Below, piece by piece: positions 62,042-64,000 of a DNA stretch of 64,000 nt. How positions within the stretch are numbered: position 1 is the first letter of the stretch; each line of letters opens with the position of its first letter. The notes beneath the pieces were generated by a model. The model saw only the letters and a list, made by a program, of their open reading frames with translations. It had not been told where the DNA came from and did no database searches. The translations under genes were made by a program, and so were the position numbers. The DNA is from Candidatus Entotheonellaceae bacterium (GTDB lineage Bacteria; Tectomicrobia; Entotheonellia; Entotheonellales; Entotheonellaceae): contig OZ250173.1 of assembly GCA_965238075.1 (NCBI GenBank), forward strand, positions 1,888,001 through 1,952,000, in the 5' to 3' direction.

Positions 62042-63309
62042 TCAATCCCACCTCGTTTCTATGCCAAAAGAGTTATCTGGAAAGTGTTTCTCGAATACCG
62101 ACATCGCTGCTTTTACCGCCGCTTCCGCTAACGCTAGAGCTTGGTCATTCCTCCAGCCAAGGCCACCGATACTCTCAACATAGCACCCAGTTCCCGGAAC
62201 TACCCTCCCTGCTCTCAATTTCAGTAGCGCTGACACGAGAGGAGACCGAGCATCGCGGACTACCAGATGTGCCCAGCCTGCCACATCGGCCACATGATCG
62301 TCGGCCGTACGTCGAGCTGATTCCAAGAGTGCTTGCGCCGCACTGTCAGCCGCTAACTGTGCCTCTGCAAGTACACGCCGCGCTTTTTCGGTGAGCTGTA
62401 GTGATGCCGTTGGACGAACAAAGTTCTGAATTTGTACCGCCGGGACATCTTCCAGTCTCAAAGGTTTCCCTTCGCTATTAGGTGGATCCATATCCAATCG
62501 GTCAAGGGCAATTACAGACGTAGCTTCCAGTGTTTTTCTACAAAACAGATGGTCAAAATCATTTGCACCGGTATCGTGCAATTCTTGCAACCTATCGAGC
62601 ACACGTTCTGCTTCCGTCGAATCAGGTACAACGACAAATACGCGCGAGAATGAGAATGGCTCCTCGAACAACCAGATTGGGAGTCCCGGACAAGAGCATT
62701 GATCCTCATGATCAACCCAACGCCATTCTCGTTCGTGTGACCAGTCGATTAGCCGCTCTGGATCCTGCGGACATGGCAACGTACCTAAACTGTTCGGTAT
62801 CGTCGATTCCGCAGGCGGGAGCCAGATAGCGAGGCCATCCCCTATTGAATGGGCGCTTCAGCTTACGTTCAACATGCCTGCCGGAAAGACCATATATTAC
62901 AGGCCGACCTCCGGCCGCAAAAAGTTCCCTCTTTAAGATTCCAACCGCGTAAGTTCTTACGGAATCGTTGCTCCGTTGCTTGGCATACTTTACAAGCTCG
63001 TACAGGGGCATTTCCGTGAAGCATACAGCCGCCCGTGGGCCATAGACGGTTGGACGACCATTCCTAAATGCCCAACTGGCTCGGATGTGCCCGTCAGTGA
63101 TGATCTTTAACAACACCTGTAATGCATCCAAGTCGGGAGGGTAGTCGGCCATCACTGATTCTCCACGAATCGAATCTGGATCCGTTGTAACGGTCGAAAT
63201 CGATCATCTGATCCGTCGGTTCCGAATCGGGATTGTAGTTATGGATGAAATGCAAAGCCCATTCGCTTAGGTCCTGTCGCATTGAGTTCAAGTTAAAGCC
63301 GCTAGGCAT
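62042..63309 (-). pseudogene. DUF4427/AbiGi-like putative defence protein split over three frames
   Basis: R.DLSEW..HF; GRPTVYGPRAAVCFTEMPL; GGRPVIYGL; IDWSHEREWRW; frameshifts near 63170 and 62770. Confidence 0.65.
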
Positions 63310-63425
63310 TGTTATGCCTCCTCTTCGCAACTACTCTGTGTTGGCCACTCGCATCCGATGAATCCGTTTTCTTCTGCCTGATTATTTGGAAGTGAGATTC
63401 TATAGGTCAGAGCAGCTAACGATTA

Positions 63426-63929
63426 TCAGGTAATCCCTGCAGACCCCAAGACGAATCTTGCTCCCTCCCGACGCAGCATTGCGTAAGGGGTTACGCAGCG
63501 CAGGCCGAGACCGATGCAGGCATTTGGAATCTTGATTTTCCGAGTCGTATCGGCGGGAACTTCGTGGCTGACGATGGCGCAGCCGTACGCCAGCGCGTGG
63601 GCGACAAGCCAGTAATCAGCAACCTGAAGAAACGTGGCAACGGCGGCGGGTTCATAGCCTTGGTTGTTCGCCCAATGACTGACAGTGCGAAGAGCGGGCA
63701 CCACCGTGTCGTCCGGTCTCAGAAAGAAGCCATCGCCACGGGCTTCGGCCCAGTCCTTCAACTCGTCCGCACCCCTGTACAGTTCGTCTGCAACCTTCTC
63801 GATACTGGCCACTTTTCCGGTAAGGTTTTGCTTATCCAGCCAATCCCAAAACGCCGGACAGAAATCGAAGCCGTAATGCAGGTTTTTGGCTTGGATAAAG
63901 ACGTTCGCATCGAGAAGGTAATCGGTCAT
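63426..63929 (-). CDS. DUF4411 family PIN-like protein
   Basis: YLLDANVFIQAKN..FCPAFWDWL, ADYWLVAHA, KIKIPNAC. Confidence 0.9.
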   Translation of the reverse strand: MTDYLLDANVFIQAKNLHYGFDFCPAFWDWLDKQNLTGKVASIEKVADELYRGADELKDWAEARGDGFFLRPDDTVVPALRTVSHWANNQGYEPAAVATFLQVADYWLVAHALAYGCAIVSHEVPADTTRKIKIPNACIGLGLRCVTPYAMLRREGARFVLGSAGIT

Positions 63930-64000
63930 CCCATCATCCCGACTTCCCGGCCAAGGTTGTTGAACGTCTCCGTCTTGGAGATCCCGAGCATCCGGAAGGC
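63926..64000 (-). CDS. C-terminus of a probable ImmA/IrrE metallopeptidase (partial)
   Basis: AFRMLGISKTETFNNLGREVGMMG-stop with ATGA overlap to DUF4411; assignment mostly by typical pairing. Confidence 0.55.
   Translation of the reverse strand, partial: AFRMLGISKTETFNNLGREVGMMG

Overview
GC-rich bacterial chromosome window starting at the replication origin: dnaN (truncated at the edge), an oriC with DnaA boxes, an atypical dnaA, then rpmH-rnpA-yidD-yidC-mnmE-mnmG-rsmG. After rsmG there is no parAB; about 55 kb of accessory and catabolic DNA follows. It contains a guanidine ABC transporter and GdmH-type guanidine hydrolase operon, a DEDDh-WYL exonuclease with a SplB-like radical SAM, CoA-transferases, SDRs, pobA, arsM, upp, tag and an OprO/P porin. 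It also has Sel1, TPR and FGE proteins, many IS remnants (IS3, IS4, IS701-like, IS110, a Tn3 fragment, a transposase+ExeA element), TA pairs and decayed defence genes. Most notable: (1) the GdmH operon has no adjacent HypAB/GhaAB and no recognisable guanidine riboswitch; it ends in a degenerate CbiX-DUF362 fusion and has tandem sigma-54 promoters; (2) several co-oriented dif-like (Xer-type) sites far from the terminus border small gene modules; (3) the dnaA at the origin lacks domains I/II and has an altered DNA-binding signature. Many indels and noisy local duplications suggest imperfect consensus quality, so pseudogene calls are provisional. All calls come from reading the sequence and from motif recall; no searches were run.
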